A model generated the notes under the pieces. It saw only the letters and a list, made by a program, of their open reading frames with translations, was not told the DNA's origin and made no database searches. 64,000 nucleotides of DNA from a bacterium (GTDB lineage: Bacteria; Zhuqueibacterota; Zhuqueibacteria; Residuimicrobiales; Krinioviventaceae): assembly GCA_963693055.1 (NCBI GenBank), contig OY843751.1:1920001-1984000 (forward strand), in the 5' to 3' direction. The position numbers and the translations under genes are program-made. Shown here piece by piece: positions 46,304 to 56,056 of the stretch (positions are counted from its first letter, which is position 1; every line of letters begins with the position of its first letter).

Positions 46304-49300
46304 TTGATTTGTGAATCCCGGAGTGGTGGATTATTGAAAGTAATATATAAATTTATTATCACGATTTGTTTAGCATCTCTGCTTTGTTTTACGGCTTGTC
46401 AGAATACAGAATCTGTTCCCATTAATGATTCTGTAGATGCCGCTCCCTGGTGTTACTGGTACTGGATGCATGGGGCCATCAGCAATACCGCTATTACCGC
46501 TGATCTGGAAGCCATGAAACAAGTTGGTATGACAGGCACCTATATCTTTACTATTCGTGATATTGCTGATCCTGAATTATATCCATCTGCTGTAAAAACC
46601 TTGAGCCCGGAGTGGTGGCAGTATATCCGTTTTGCGGCCAGTGAAGCCAAGCGATTGGATATGAAATTGGGATTCAATGCCTGTGACGGATTTACCTGTG
46701 CGGGTGGTCCGTGGATAACCCCGGAAATGTCAATGCAGAAATTAACCTGGGCCGATACGGTTGTCTCTGGTGGACGTTTGTTTTCTGCCAAATTGCCTCA
46801 GCCAGAGTTTTTACAAAATTATTATAACGATATTGCGGTTTTTGCGTATCCTGCTCCTCCCGGGGCGGGCATGGATTCGTGGAAAAAACGTCCAGTTGTT
46901 ACCAGCAGCATGACAGACGATAATGTTCAGTACCTGGCTGATTCTGATAATGAGCAATTATTCACCAGTACACAGCCGGGATGGATCCAGTTTGCTTTTG
47001 ATGAACCTTTTACCTGTCGTTCAATCCAAATCAAAACCGGTTGGAACAATTACCAGTCCAATCGATTGATCATAGAAACCAGTAATGATGGAGTACATTT
47101 CTCACGACACACCCGACTGGTCCCTCCACGCAGTGGTTGGCAGGATCTGGACGCGGACAATACCCAGCTCATAAAATCCGTTACCGCAAAATATTTCCGA
47201 TTTGTTTTTGATCCTGCAGGCTCTGAACCCGGTGCCGAGGATCTGGATGATGCTAAATGGGAACCTACCTTGCGATTGTACGGCATCGGTCTTTTATCCG
47301 AAGCAAAAATACATCAATTTGAAGGCAAGAATGGATCCATATGGCGGGAAGCGGAATGGTCGGATGATGAATTGCTTTCGGATTCGCTTTGTGTGGATTT
47401 TGAAAAGATAATCAATATCAGCGAGTACCTTGAACCCAATGGTACATTAAACTGGCAGGTTCCGAAAGGGGATTGGGTGATTTTACGCATAGGGCACACC
47501 TCAACCGGACATGAAAATTATATTGGCGGTGGAGGCAAGGGCCTGGAATGCGATAAATTTGATCCTGATATTGTGCGCTTTCAGTTTGATCAGTGGTTTG
47601 GAGAGATAAATCGTCAACTGGGAGTGGATTTGTCCAATGTGATCACCCGCTTTCATGTGGACAGTTGGGAGTGCGGCAGCCAGAACTGGTCTTCTGTGAT
47701 GCGTAATGAATTTAAAAATCGCAGGGGATATGATATTGTAGATTATTTACCGCTGATGGCCGGGGTACCGATTGATAATGCGGAAACATCTGAACGGATT
47801 TTATATGACATCCGCACAACGGTTGCAGAACTGTTTGCGGATAATTTTTATAAAACATTTCACAAGGAATGTCAGAATATAGGCGTCTTATTTTCTGCCG
47901 AAAGTGATGCCCCTGTGGGTGTGGGAGACGGGATGCTGCATTTCAAATATACAGATCTTCCTATGGGCGAATACTGGTTTAAGAGTCCGTCTCATGACAA
48001 GCCCAACGATATTCTGGATGCGGTCTCGGGTGCGCATATTTATGGCAAAAAGATCGTCCAGGCTGAGAGTTTTACCGAGCTGCGGTTGGACTGGGACGAA
48101 ACCCCTGCCATGTTGAAACCACTGGTGGACCGCAATTTCGCCCTGGGAATCAACAAGGTTGTGGCGCATGTGTTTACCCTGAATCCCTGGATGGACCGGG
48201 TACCCGGAATGACGCTGGACAGGATTGGCACCTATTTGCAGCGGGACCAGGTTTGGTGGGATTTCAGCTATGCGTTTTGGAACTATATTGAAAATTGTCA
48301 AGCTTGGTTGCAAAAAGGCGATCCGGTTGTGGATATTGCTGTATTTACCGGAGAAGAGATACCTCGTCGTGCTATATTGCCGGACAGATTGGTCGATATC
48401 CTTCCCAACATTATGGGACAGGGGCGCAAAGAGAGTGAACGTTTGAGGCTGGCGAATAAAGGGTTCCCTCTGCATTCGATGCCGGAAGGTGTTACCGTTT
48501 CGACAAATATCGCAGATCCTGAAAAATGGATTGATCCGTTGAACGGCTATGCTTATGACTCAATCAATCGTGATGCGCTGCTCAATCTGGCTAAAGTAGA
48601 GGATGGTAAAATCGTTTTGCCCGGAGGTGCAAGCTATTCCATTTTGATTGTGCCGGGTAAGCGCAAGCTTGCTCCCCACGGTGGAGAGCGCATGAGTGTA
48701 GAGGTTGCGGAGAAACTGGCAGAACTGGTCTGGAATGGAGCTTCGGTATTGTGGATGGAAAAACCACAGCGGACTCTGAGTAACAAGCAAATTGACAAAG
48801 ATAAACGATTACAGGATATCTTTTCAGCGCTATTATCAGAGCATTCCCGGAATGATGTTACACGTCTCCTTTGGGGGCCATACAATCAGGAAACATTTTC
48901 TCAATTGGGTGTGGAAAAAGATTTTGTTGCGAAATCAACAAACAAGGATTTAAAAGGCAGACTAGCATGGAACCATCGACGTGATAAAGATACCGATATC
49001 TATTTTATAGCCAATCAAACGAATGAAACGTTTCAAGCCGAAATGCGTTTTCGGGTTTCAGATAAAGTACCGTTTTTTTATGATCCCTTGGATAATGTCT
49101 ATATAAAATGTCAATCCTGGCATCAGGTGGATGATCGTATTGAAGTGGATTATGAATTTCATCCCAACAGCTCTGTTTTTGTTCTGTTTAATGATGGAAC
49201 TACAATATCGAATACGATTGATTATCTGATACCATCTCAAAACGCACTCTCTATTACGGGTCCCTGGACCCTGGACTTTGATCCGGGTTTGGGTGGACCT

Positions 49301-49720
49301 ATGAAGCCAATACATTTTGATACCTTGCAGGATTTGAGCATAAATCCAAATGTAGATATTCGTTATTATTCCGGTAAAGTAACCTATCAATCCCGATTCA
49401 ACTGGGAACATGATATCACGCAGCCAGTATGGATTGATCTGGGGGAGGTCTACAATGTTGCCCATGTTCGATTGAATGGAGAAACCGCAGGTGTTTGCTG
49501 GACGCTGCCGAATCGCTTGCGCATTGATAAATACTTGAAACCGGGCATCAATCAGTTAGAGATAGAGGTTGCCAATACCTGGCACAATCGTTTGATTAGA
49601 GATCATTCACTGCCCGAGAGTGAGCGAATCACCTGGACCTCCGCACCGTATCGATTAGAGGGAAAACCGTTGTTAAAATCCGGTTTGCTGGGACCTGTTA
49701 GCATTCAGGTTGTGAAATGA
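46304..49720 (+). CDS. GH106 alpha-L-rhamnosidase
   Basis: PWCYWYW, ITADLEAM, GGPWITPE, DSWECG and C-terminal SGLLGPV motifs. Confidence 0.9.
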   Translation: MICESRSGGLLKVIYKFIITICLASLLCFTACQNTESVPINDSVDAAPWCYWYWMHGAISNTAITADLEAMKQVGMTGTYIFTIRDIADPELYPSAVKTLSPEWWQYIRFAASEAKRLDMKLGFNACDGFTCAGGPWITPEMSMQKLTWADTVVSGGRLFSAKLPQPEFLQNYYNDIAVFAYPAPPGAGMDSWKKRPVVTSSMTDDNVQYLADSDNEQLFTSTQPGWIQFAFDEPFTCRSIQIKTGWNNYQSNRLIIETSNDGVHFSRHTRLVPPRSGWQDLDADNTQLIKSVTAKYFRFVFDPAGSEPGAEDLDDAKWEPTLRLYGIGLLSEAKIHQFEGKNGSIWREAEWSDDELLSDSLCVDFEKIINISEYLEPNGTLNWQVPKGDWVILRIGHTSTGHENYIGGGGKGLECDKFDPDIVRFQFDQWFGEINRQLGVDLSNVITRFHVDSWECGSQNWSSVMRNEFKNRRGYDIVDYLPLMAGVPIDNAETSERILYDIRTTVAELFADNFYKTFHKECQNIGVLFSAESDAPVGVGDGMLHFKYTDLPMGEYWFKSPSHDKPNDILDAVSGAHIYGKKIVQAESFTELRLDWDETPAMLKPLVDRNFALGINKVVAHVFTLNPWMDRVPGMTLDRIGTYLQRDQVWWDFSYAFWNYIENCQAWLQKGDPVVDIAVFTGEEIPRRAILPDRLVDILPNIMGQGRKESERLRLANKGFPLHSMPEGVTVSTNIADPEKWIDPLNGYAYDSINRDALLNLAKVEDGKIVLPGGASYSILIVPGKRKLAPHGGERMSVEVAEKLAELVWNGASVLWMEKPQRTLSNKQIDKDKRLQDIFSALLSEHSRNDVTRLLWGPYNQETFSQLGVEKDFVAKSTNKDLKGRLAWNHRRDKDTDIYFIANQTNETFQAEMRFRVSDKVPFFYDPLDNVYIKCQSWHQVDDRIEVDYEFHPNSSVFVLFNDGTTISNTIDYLIPSQNALSITGPWTLDFDPGLGGPMKPIHFDTLQDLSINPNVDIRYYSGKVTYQSRFNWEHDITQPVWIDLGEVYNVAHVRLNGETAGVCWTLPNRLRIDKYLKPGINQLEIEVANTWHNRLIRDHSLPESERITWTSAPYRLEGKPLLKSGLLGPVSIQVVK

Positions 49721-49796
49721 TTTTTATATCATTTTTTTAATTGATTCTGCATATTTTTTATGATATATTCAAATAATTATCATTAAATGAATTTTT

Positions 49797-50192
49797 ATGA
49801 CAAATTTTGATTATAAAAAAATAATGAACCATTGGATTGAGACATCAAATAATGATTTCTCAACAATGAAAGAATTATATCAGGCAAAATCTTATAATTG
49901 GTCATAGTTTATTGGCCATATTACAGTGGGAAAATTACTCAAGGCTTTATATGTTAAAATCCATCAAAAACATGCCCCAACTATTCATAATCTATTCAGA
50001 TTAGCTGAATTATGTAACATAGAAATGAATGATGAATGTGCTGATTGGTTAGATACGATAACATCATTTAATATTAATGCGAGATATGATGATTATAAAA
50101 AAGAATTCTATAATCTATGTACATATGAATTTACCAGTATGTGGATTGAGCGAATAAAGGAATTACGTATATGGATAAACAAAAAGCTTTAA
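49797..50192 (+). pseudogene. HEPN-domain toxin interrupted by in-frame TAG
   Basis: Reads MTNFDYKK...YNWS*FIGHITVGKLLKAL...HNL...ARY. Stop at 49905-49907 is codon 37. Confidence 0.8.
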
Positions 50193-50473
50193 ATTTGGCC
50201 CGGCAATATGCATCTATAATAAAATCAAATTTTAGCTGCAAAGATATGTTTCTTTTTGGTTCACACGTGAATGGCATGCCTGCAGAGGAAAGTGATATTG
50301 ATATAGCTGTTGTACTTGATGGTTTTGAAAATCCTGTAGATATTCAAGTTGAACTCATGCGGTACCGACGTAAAATTGATAGCAGGATTGAACCACATCC
50401 GTTCCGGGAAAAGGATTTTATTATTGAAAATCCTGTTGTTAATGAAATATTACAATATGGTGTAAGGATATAG
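50171..50473 (+). CDS. Minimal nucleotidyltransferase (MNT) antitoxin
   Basis: LFGS...SDIDIAV motif. Overlaps the HEPN gene. Confidence 0.88.
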   Translation: MDKQKALNLARQYASIIKSNFSCKDMFLFGSHVNGMPAEESDIDIAVVLDGFENPVDIQVELMRYRRKIDSRIEPHPFREKDFIIENPVVNEILQYGVRI

Positions 50474-50727
50474 ATAACTATTCATTGCTCTTAGGTTAAT
50501 TGTTTGTTTTTCAACTGTGTCAAGTATTTTATTATTGTTATGTACTAATGATGCCATAGATCCATTTATTACTGTCGAAATTACTCTTACTCACGGATTA
50601 ATTGTATCTTGCCTAAAATTATTTCCCTTTACTTTTTAAATATTACCTTTTATCTTTTTAATTATATTCATGATTGTTTTGTAATTCGAGTTTGCGATAT
50701 TTCATATTTGTGAGAAGGAGGCTGGAT

Positions 50728-51918
50728 ATGAACATGAATCGCAGAAAGTTTATGGGCGTTTCTACTGCAGCGGTACTTGGGGCAGGTGCAATGCATTCCG
50801 GTTTTGCTGCTGAGAATAAATATACCGCCTGTGTTCTGGGTGATACCAACCAAGGGGGATTTGGACACCGCATGCATCTGGTTTGGGAAAAGGTTGACAA
50901 TGTAGAGCTGCTGGCAATCTCTGATCCTGATGAAAAGGGCAGGGCTCAGATTGCAGAGGAAGCCAAGCCCAAGCGCACCTATGCCGACTATCGGGAAATG
51001 CTGGAAAAAGAAAAACCCGATCTGCTCACCATTGGTCCCAGATGGACAAATCATCATGTAGAATATCTCACTGCCGCCGCAGAGTACAATCTGCACGGAT
51101 TGATGGAAAAACCGCTGGCAGTGGACCTTGCCGCAGCAGACAAGATGATAGAAATGATTGAAGCAAAGAATTTAAAATGGTCCATGGCGTTCAATTTTCG
51201 TCCCACAACAATCGTTCACCACGCCATCAAAATGGTGGTGGAAAAGGGACTCGTTGGAGATATCCTGGAACTGCGCGGACGCGGCAAGGAAGACCATCGA
51301 TCAGGCGGTGAAGATCTGCTTGTGCTGGGAACGCATGTTTTTGATATCATGCGATATTTTGCCGGTGATCCGCTTTGGTGCAGTGCAGACCTCACCACGA
51401 TGGGTAAACCTTCAACATTAAAAGATATATACCAATCCAAAGAAAATCTGGGTCCCATGCTGGGTGACCGGGTCAATGCCATGTATGGATTCAAAGACGG
51501 AGTTGTCGGATATTTTGCGTCCTCACGCAATTCTGATGGCAATGGCGGTAGATGGGGACTCGATATCTATGGATCGAATGGTATTGTCACCATCCGCCTG
51601 GACAAACGTCCTTTTGCGTCCCCGGTTGCGTACTGGCTGAATGATTCCACTTGGGCCCCGGGTGAAGAGAATGTCGCATGGCAGCCATTGCCTGATGCGC
51701 CCGAGTTGGGCATTACCGATCCCCGAACCGAGAACTATTTGCCTATTGTTACGGATTTGATAAAGGCTGTAGAGCAGGACCGCCTTCCCAAAGTGAGCAT
51801 GCAGGACGGCCGCGCGTCGCTCGAGATGATTCAGGCGGTGTACGAATCTTATTTAACCGGTAAAAAGGTGACATTCCCGTTAAAGGAGCGTGTACATCCG
51901 CTGATACGGTTAACATAA
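50728..51918 (+). CDS. Tat-exported Gfo/Idh/MocA family oxidoreductase
   Basis: NRRKFMG Tat motif, MEKP, GTHVFD. aggagg RBS before ATG 50728. Confidence 0.9.
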   Translation: MNMNRRKFMGVSTAAVLGAGAMHSGFAAENKYTACVLGDTNQGGFGHRMHLVWEKVDNVELLAISDPDEKGRAQIAEEAKPKRTYADYREMLEKEKPDLLTIGPRWTNHHVEYLTAAAEYNLHGLMEKPLAVDLAAADKMIEMIEAKNLKWSMAFNFRPTTIVHHAIKMVVEKGLVGDILELRGRGKEDHRSGGEDLLVLGTHVFDIMRYFAGDPLWCSADLTTMGKPSTLKDIYQSKENLGPMLGDRVNAMYGFKDGVVGYFASSRNSDGNGGRWGLDIYGSNGIVTIRLDKRPFASPVAYWLNDSTWAPGEENVAWQPLPDAPELGITDPRTENYLPIVTDLIKAVEQDRLPKVSMQDGRASLEMIQAVYESYLTGKKVTFPLKERVHPLIRLT

Positions 51919-51933
51919 TCGTTTTATATCAAT

Positions 51934-52201
51934 AGAACGCGGAAGACACTAATAAAAAAGATTTACACGAATTTTATTATGTGGAAATCCGTGTCTTTCG
52001 TTTTATTTGTGTTCTGTTCTGAAATTTTTTATAAAACCACGACGGAAAGAAGAACACGAAGGTAGAACAAATTGTGTAAAATAATCGCTATATTTGATAT
52101 GATTTTTTCTGTAAAATTACAAGACATAGTAATTAAAAGACTATCAATTAATACTTCGTGACCGGAGTTTATCCGCCCATTGGCGGATGTGCTTCGTGGT
52201 T
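51934..52201. repeat. Two degenerate nested inverted-repeat elements of the type that flanks GxxExxY genes
   Basis: agaacgcgga..acacgaat / atccgtgt..tttgtgttct (51934-52015). aaccacga..aacacgaag / cttcgtg..cttcgtggtt (52035-52201) with inner hairpin atccgcc-catt-ggcggat. Confidence 0.55.
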
Positions 52202-52351
52202 GCTATTTTTTACCCTAATATTGAATTGGCAATGTTTTTGTTTTATTCTTGTTCTAATCAGTATTAAAAAATACTTGAATACTGCCGGATTTCGGTTATA
52301 TTATAGAATTATTTCCTCTTAAAATTTTACATCATTCTTGGAAAGGGCGTT

Positions 52352-53464
52352 ATGAACAATACGTTGAAATCAGGACAGGGGCCTGCCGGACGGCTTGCGT
52401 CGCTGGACTTTTTTCGGGGATTTACCATGTTTTTGCTGATAGCAGAGGGGACGCACCTGTTTTCCAAATTGGTTTCTCCCGAGCTGGAAGGCACATTTAT
52501 CCATTTTATCGGTACGCAACTGCACCACCATCCCTGGCACGGTCTGCGATTCTGGGACCTGGTACAGCCCTTCTTTATGTTTATTGTGGGTGTTGCCATG
52601 CCTTTTTCCATCTCGAAACGTATAGAGAGGGGGGACGACAAATCCGCGATTCTGAAACATGTGCTCCAGCGGTCGCTGTTATTGCTGGTCATCGGATGGG
52701 CGCTGTACTGCATCGGACCGGGACGCATCACCTTTCGGTTTCAAAACGTACTGGCGCAACTGTCCGTGACCTATCTCATCGCGTATCTGTTCATGGGCCG
52801 TTCATGGAAAACCCAAGTCGGTTTTACCATCGTTCTGCTGATTGCAGTGGACCTGCTTTATCGGCTGTTCCCGGTGGCGGGATTCAACCAGCCGTTTGTC
52901 CCGGACCATAATTTCGGCGCCTGGTTCGATATGCTCATCTCGGGTGAGCTCTCGGGCGGGCACTGGGTATCGTTCAATGCTTTTCCCACCACGGCGCATA
53001 CGGTTTGGGGAGTCATAGCCGGACAACTATTGATGAGCGACAAATCCGACAAGCGCAAGGTGCTCACGCTCGTTGTCGCGGGTGTGGTGGCATTGATTGC
53101 TGGGTACGCTTTGGATCCGGTTACACCCATCATCAAACGTATCAGCACCAGTACTTTTGTCCTTGCCTCGGGTGGATGGGCTTTGCTGGCCCTGGCTTTC
53201 TCGTACTGGATCATTGACATGCTGGGATATAAAAAATGGAGTCTGTTCTTTGCCATTGTAGGCATGAATCCGTTGTTCATCTATCTGTTCGGGCACGTGG
53301 GCGGCTCGGGTATTGTATACTCGATTGTCAAACCCTTTTCTATGGGACTGTTATCATGGATCAATCCGCTTTTTGCCGAGATCGTCACAGGCATGATCAC
53401 ATGGTATCTGTTATGGTACATTTGTTACTGGCTGTACAAACGGAGAATTTTTATAAAGATATAA
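52352..53464 (+). CDS. HGSNAT/NagX-like (DUF5009/DUF1624) membrane acyltransferase
   Basis: RLASLDFFRG, HHPWHGLRFWDLVQPFFMF, PIIKRI and GMNPL motifs. Multi-TM. Confidence 0.85.
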   Translation: MNNTLKSGQGPAGRLASLDFFRGFTMFLLIAEGTHLFSKLVSPELEGTFIHFIGTQLHHHPWHGLRFWDLVQPFFMFIVGVAMPFSISKRIERGDDKSAILKHVLQRSLLLLVIGWALYCIGPGRITFRFQNVLAQLSVTYLIAYLFMGRSWKTQVGFTIVLLIAVDLLYRLFPVAGFNQPFVPDHNFGAWFDMLISGELSGGHWVSFNAFPTTAHTVWGVIAGQLLMSDKSDKRKVLTLVVAGVVALIAGYALDPVTPIIKRISTSTFVLASGGWALLALAFSYWIIDMLGYKKWSLFFAIVGMNPLFIYLFGHVGGSGIVYSIVKPFSMGLLSWINPLFAEIVTGMITWYLLWYICYWLYKRRIFIKI

Positions 53465-53510
53465 TTGGGGCACAATGTGTGATAATACATTAAAAATTTT
53501 GAAATCTATT

Positions 53511-53541
53511 AAAAGCCGGTCTCTGGTGAGGGCGGCTTTTT
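53511..53541 (+). terminator. Rho-independent terminator
   Basis: aaaagccg..ctc-tggt-gag..cggcttttt. Confidence 0.7.
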
Positions 53542-53899
53542 GTGTTTAAATGTTTTTGTTGGTAACCTGGATATCCATTATCGGGATTATATTTTAAATA
53601 AAGATCAAGCTATTTTTCTGTATATAGTAATTTTAAGAGGCTGGTACGAAAAGAACGAAATGGGTATTGATATTGACCACCTTTTCGACTTAACCCAGAT
53701 ATTTTATTTATCCGAGATCGTCCTTGTGCGGTTTCCCATTTATTCCGACAAACACTGTGAGGTGCCGAAACAGTTGCTACTGTTGAACCACAACCTCCAT
53801 GCTGAAGAAGTAAAAAAAACAGGTCTTTGGGAGGAAACGAAAGTTAAGAAAAATGCAAAATCAATACAGGTTGAGCTGTGGGTGAGGGGGATTGAGTAA
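53540..53899 (+). pseudogene. Decayed C-terminal remnant of a type IIG/IIL (Eco57I/MmeI-like) restriction-modification enzyme
   Basis: FYLSEIVLVRFPIYSD..EVPKQLLLLNHNLHAEEVK.GLWE parallels the recalled consensus FYEVDYLPENDRVRFTIHPDARKEVLKRLLxLNH..EEVKAGLW. No credible start codon. Confidence 0.6.
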
Positions 53900-53923
53900 T
53901 AATGAATATACATGAGGTAAATT

Positions 53924-54238
53924 ATGGCTTGGTATGAACTTTTCTTATGGGGCTTATTTGGGGGCTTTACAGTTGATGGGCTTGAAATGTGGAAAATTGT
54001 AAAGCAAAATAGAGGAAATTGGCCCAAAGAATGCTTAACATTAGGATATTTTACTGCTGAATTTATTAGATTAATATGTGGTGCTGGGCTTGCTTATGCA
54101 TTTGGTGCAACAAGTCAAGTAAATGGGCCTTTAGGTGCAATTGCTATAGGTGTAACTACTCCTCTAATTGTTGAAAAATTTGCAGCAAAATTACCAATTA
54201 TCCCTCAACCAATAATTGAAGAAACTCAAGGTGAGTAA
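53924..54238 (+). CDS. Small membrane protein (2-3 TM)
   Basis: gaggt RBS. Hydrophobic Gly-rich segments [17 protein letters not shown] and GAIAIGV. Confidence 0.75.
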   Translation: MAWYELFLWGLFGGFTVDGLEMWKIVKQNRGNWPKECLTLGYFTAEFIRLICGAGLAYAFGATSQVNGPLGAIAIGVTTPLIVEKFAAKLPIIPQPIIEETQGE

Positions 54239-54239
54239 A

Positions 54240-54755
54240 ATGAAATTTATTAAATTTTATAATGAATTTGTTCAGGCATTAAGTAGACAAAGTAAACCTT
54301 TTGTTATATATAATGAAATTACTAATATAAAGAAAAATGATAAACAATATGAAAAAATGAAAATAGATAAGCTATCTTCAGAAAAGAATATTTATCATCA
54401 AATAAAAATAATTGATAATATAGCTTTTCAGATAAATTTACTTGCTTTAAATGCTGCAGTAGAAGCTGCCAGAGTCGGTGAAGCTGGTAAAGCTTTTGCC
54501 ATAGTTGCGGAAAATGTACGAGATATGTCACTAAAAAGTCAAGATGCTGCCAAACATGCTTTTAATATATTAAATGATTTTCAAAAATTAGCAATATCTA
54601 ATGATGATGTTATTAATGAAGCTTCAGAAAAGTTATCAGAACTAATGAAAAAAAGATTTGATAAATCAACTATATTACAAATGAATCAATTAAAAACAAA
54701 AGTTGAGGAGATTGCAATTAGGAGTTCTGTATTGAGTAAGCAGTTTAAGGAATAA
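54240..54755 (+). CDS. Stand-alone methyl-accepting chemotaxis (MCP) signalling-tip protein
   Basis: [34 protein letters not shown] hairpin-tip motif. No sensor domain or TM. Starts 1 bp after the upstream stop codon. Confidence 0.8.
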   Translation: MKFIKFYNEFVQALSRQSKPFVIYNEITNIKKNDKQYEKMKIDKLSSEKNIYHQIKIIDNIAFQINLLALNAAVEAARVGEAGKAFAIVAENVRDMSLKSQDAAKHAFNILNDFQKLAISNDDVINEASEKLSELMKKRFDKSTILQMNQLKTKVEEIAIRSSVLSKQFKE

Positions 54756-54912
54756 TTTAAATTACTAAGTTATTTAATTCAAAAATTCAAAATCATTGTC
54801 AATTAATTGAAAAAATCTAAGGATTCTATTTTACTAAAAATGTAACAAAGAAGCATAACCCAATTATGCTGACTTGGACTTAGAGGGGATATGTAAACTG
54901 TAGGTATAACAA

Positions 54913-55620
54913 ATGGACTATGAAAATAAGATTTTTGATGAAGTTGGGTTAAGTGAAGAAAAACTAGAGTTAATTCACAAAATCCATAATTTTTTTGATA
55001 TTGGTAATGTGGGTCTGGTATCATATTTTGATAAGTATAATTCTGATTACTATACATTTCTTCCTGAAATTAATGGATTTTGTCATAATATTGAATTTAT
55101 TGGTCGAGGTGATATTGATAGTGCTAATTTTGATGATGTTTTCAACAATAATTATAGATTTTTAATTTGGATTCCAGAAAAAATAGCAAATGCCAATTTA
55201 ATATCCTTTACATTTAATTATTCCCATGAATTGCAACATTTAATCCACTCTAAAAATCAACCACAAATTCCGTTCATATCGGATTTTATTTGGTTTTCAT
55301 GGAAAAAAGTTGGAGAAATTAATCCGTTACATTGGTTAATGAGGCCTGATGAGTATAATTGTGAGAAAAATGCTTTTCAAGCTTTAAATGTATTTTTTGA
55401 TTATATAAGTGTTGAGAATTTCAAAATATCTGAGAATTTCTGTAATGATTATTGGATAGTATTTAAAGTTTTTGAGAAAATTTATCTGGGTGATGTTGAA
55501 TATGAAATGAAACAGATTTTAACCAATAATTATAAGGATTTCAAATCTATACAAGGTGAATTGTCTGAAGAACGTAAGCATAAGTTTGATATTGATGAAT
55601 ATATCGAATTACTTGGATAA
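54913..55620 (+). CDS. Hypothetical protein with HExxH zinc-peptidase-like motif
   Basis: AT-rich 235-aa ORF. YSHELQH followed by a downstream PDEYNCE. Confidence 0.65.
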   Translation: MDYENKIFDEVGLSEEKLELIHKIHNFFDIGNVGLVSYFDKYNSDYYTFLPEINGFCHNIEFIGRGDIDSANFDDVFNNNYRFLIWIPEKIANANLISFTFNYSHELQHLIHSKNQPQIPFISDFIWFSWKKVGEINPLHWLMRPDEYNCEKNAFQALNVFFDYISVENFKISENFCNDYWIVFKVFEKIYLGDVEYEMKQILTNNYKDFKSIQGELSEERKHKFDIDEYIELLG

Positions 55621-55733
55621 GTGGGTCGCACGACCCTAGTGTCCGGGTTTATTGAAACAAGGTTGTAAATATCCTAGAGGTAGAATCCAGGCCATGGACT
55701 TAAAATTTGTGTGAGGAATATATTTTAAATTAA

Positions 55734-55813
55734 AACGCAAAGTTCGCTGAGAACGCAGAGGTATTAGTGAAAATGTGATGAATTTCCTCGGCGATCTCTG
55801 AGCTCTCTGCGTT
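55734..55813. repeat. Long imperfect inverted repeat (aacgcagag-type)
   Basis: aacgcaaag-ttcgctgag-aacgcagagg / cctcggcg-ctctgag-ctctgcgtt. Confidence 0.65.
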
Positions 55814-55870
55814 AAAAAAATGGGGCGGTGAATTAGTCGCCCGGACCTGTAATACGGGATTATAGTATAT

Positions 55871-55900
55871 CACCTCACGGAGGTTCCATACCTCCGGGAG
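55871..55900. repeat. REP-like double palindrome, copy 1
   Basis: cacctcacggaggttccatacctccgggag, 26/30 identical to 59264-59293. Confidence 0.7.
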
Positions 55901-55920
55901 ACTGTTGAAAACTAATATAA

Positions 55921-56056
55921 TCTCCTTACCAATTTGTATTTGGTAAGGAGAGTTGGCTCCAAGCTGTGCTTGGTGAGAATCGAACAACACAAGTGTCGTT
56001 AATTTTTAAAAAATTGAGAAGCAGAGCTTCGCACCAAAGTTCCGTCCAAAACTCTG
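55921..56056. repeat. REPIN-like palindrome doublet (left part; right part continues at 57657-57673 after the IS)
   Basis: Hairpins tctccttaccaa/ttggtaaggaga, ccaagc/gcttgg and gaagc/gcttc, plus tccgtccaaaa, which pairs with tttgggacgga beyond the IS. Confidence 0.65.

Noticed and set aside
49905-49907. TAG recoding (pyrrolysine or alternative genetic code)
   Set aside because: TAG ends other genes normally here (1736, 11512, 33210), and no pyl genes are present.
54853-54910. Possible integron attC site (gcataac ... gtaggt) between AT-rich genes
   Set aside because: No proper GTTRRRY partner or L-box pairing, no repeat after neighbouring genes, and no integron integrase.
55621-56056. CRISPR array or structured ncRNA
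   Set aside because: No regularly spaced direct repeats. The hairpins belong to different dispersed repeat types.
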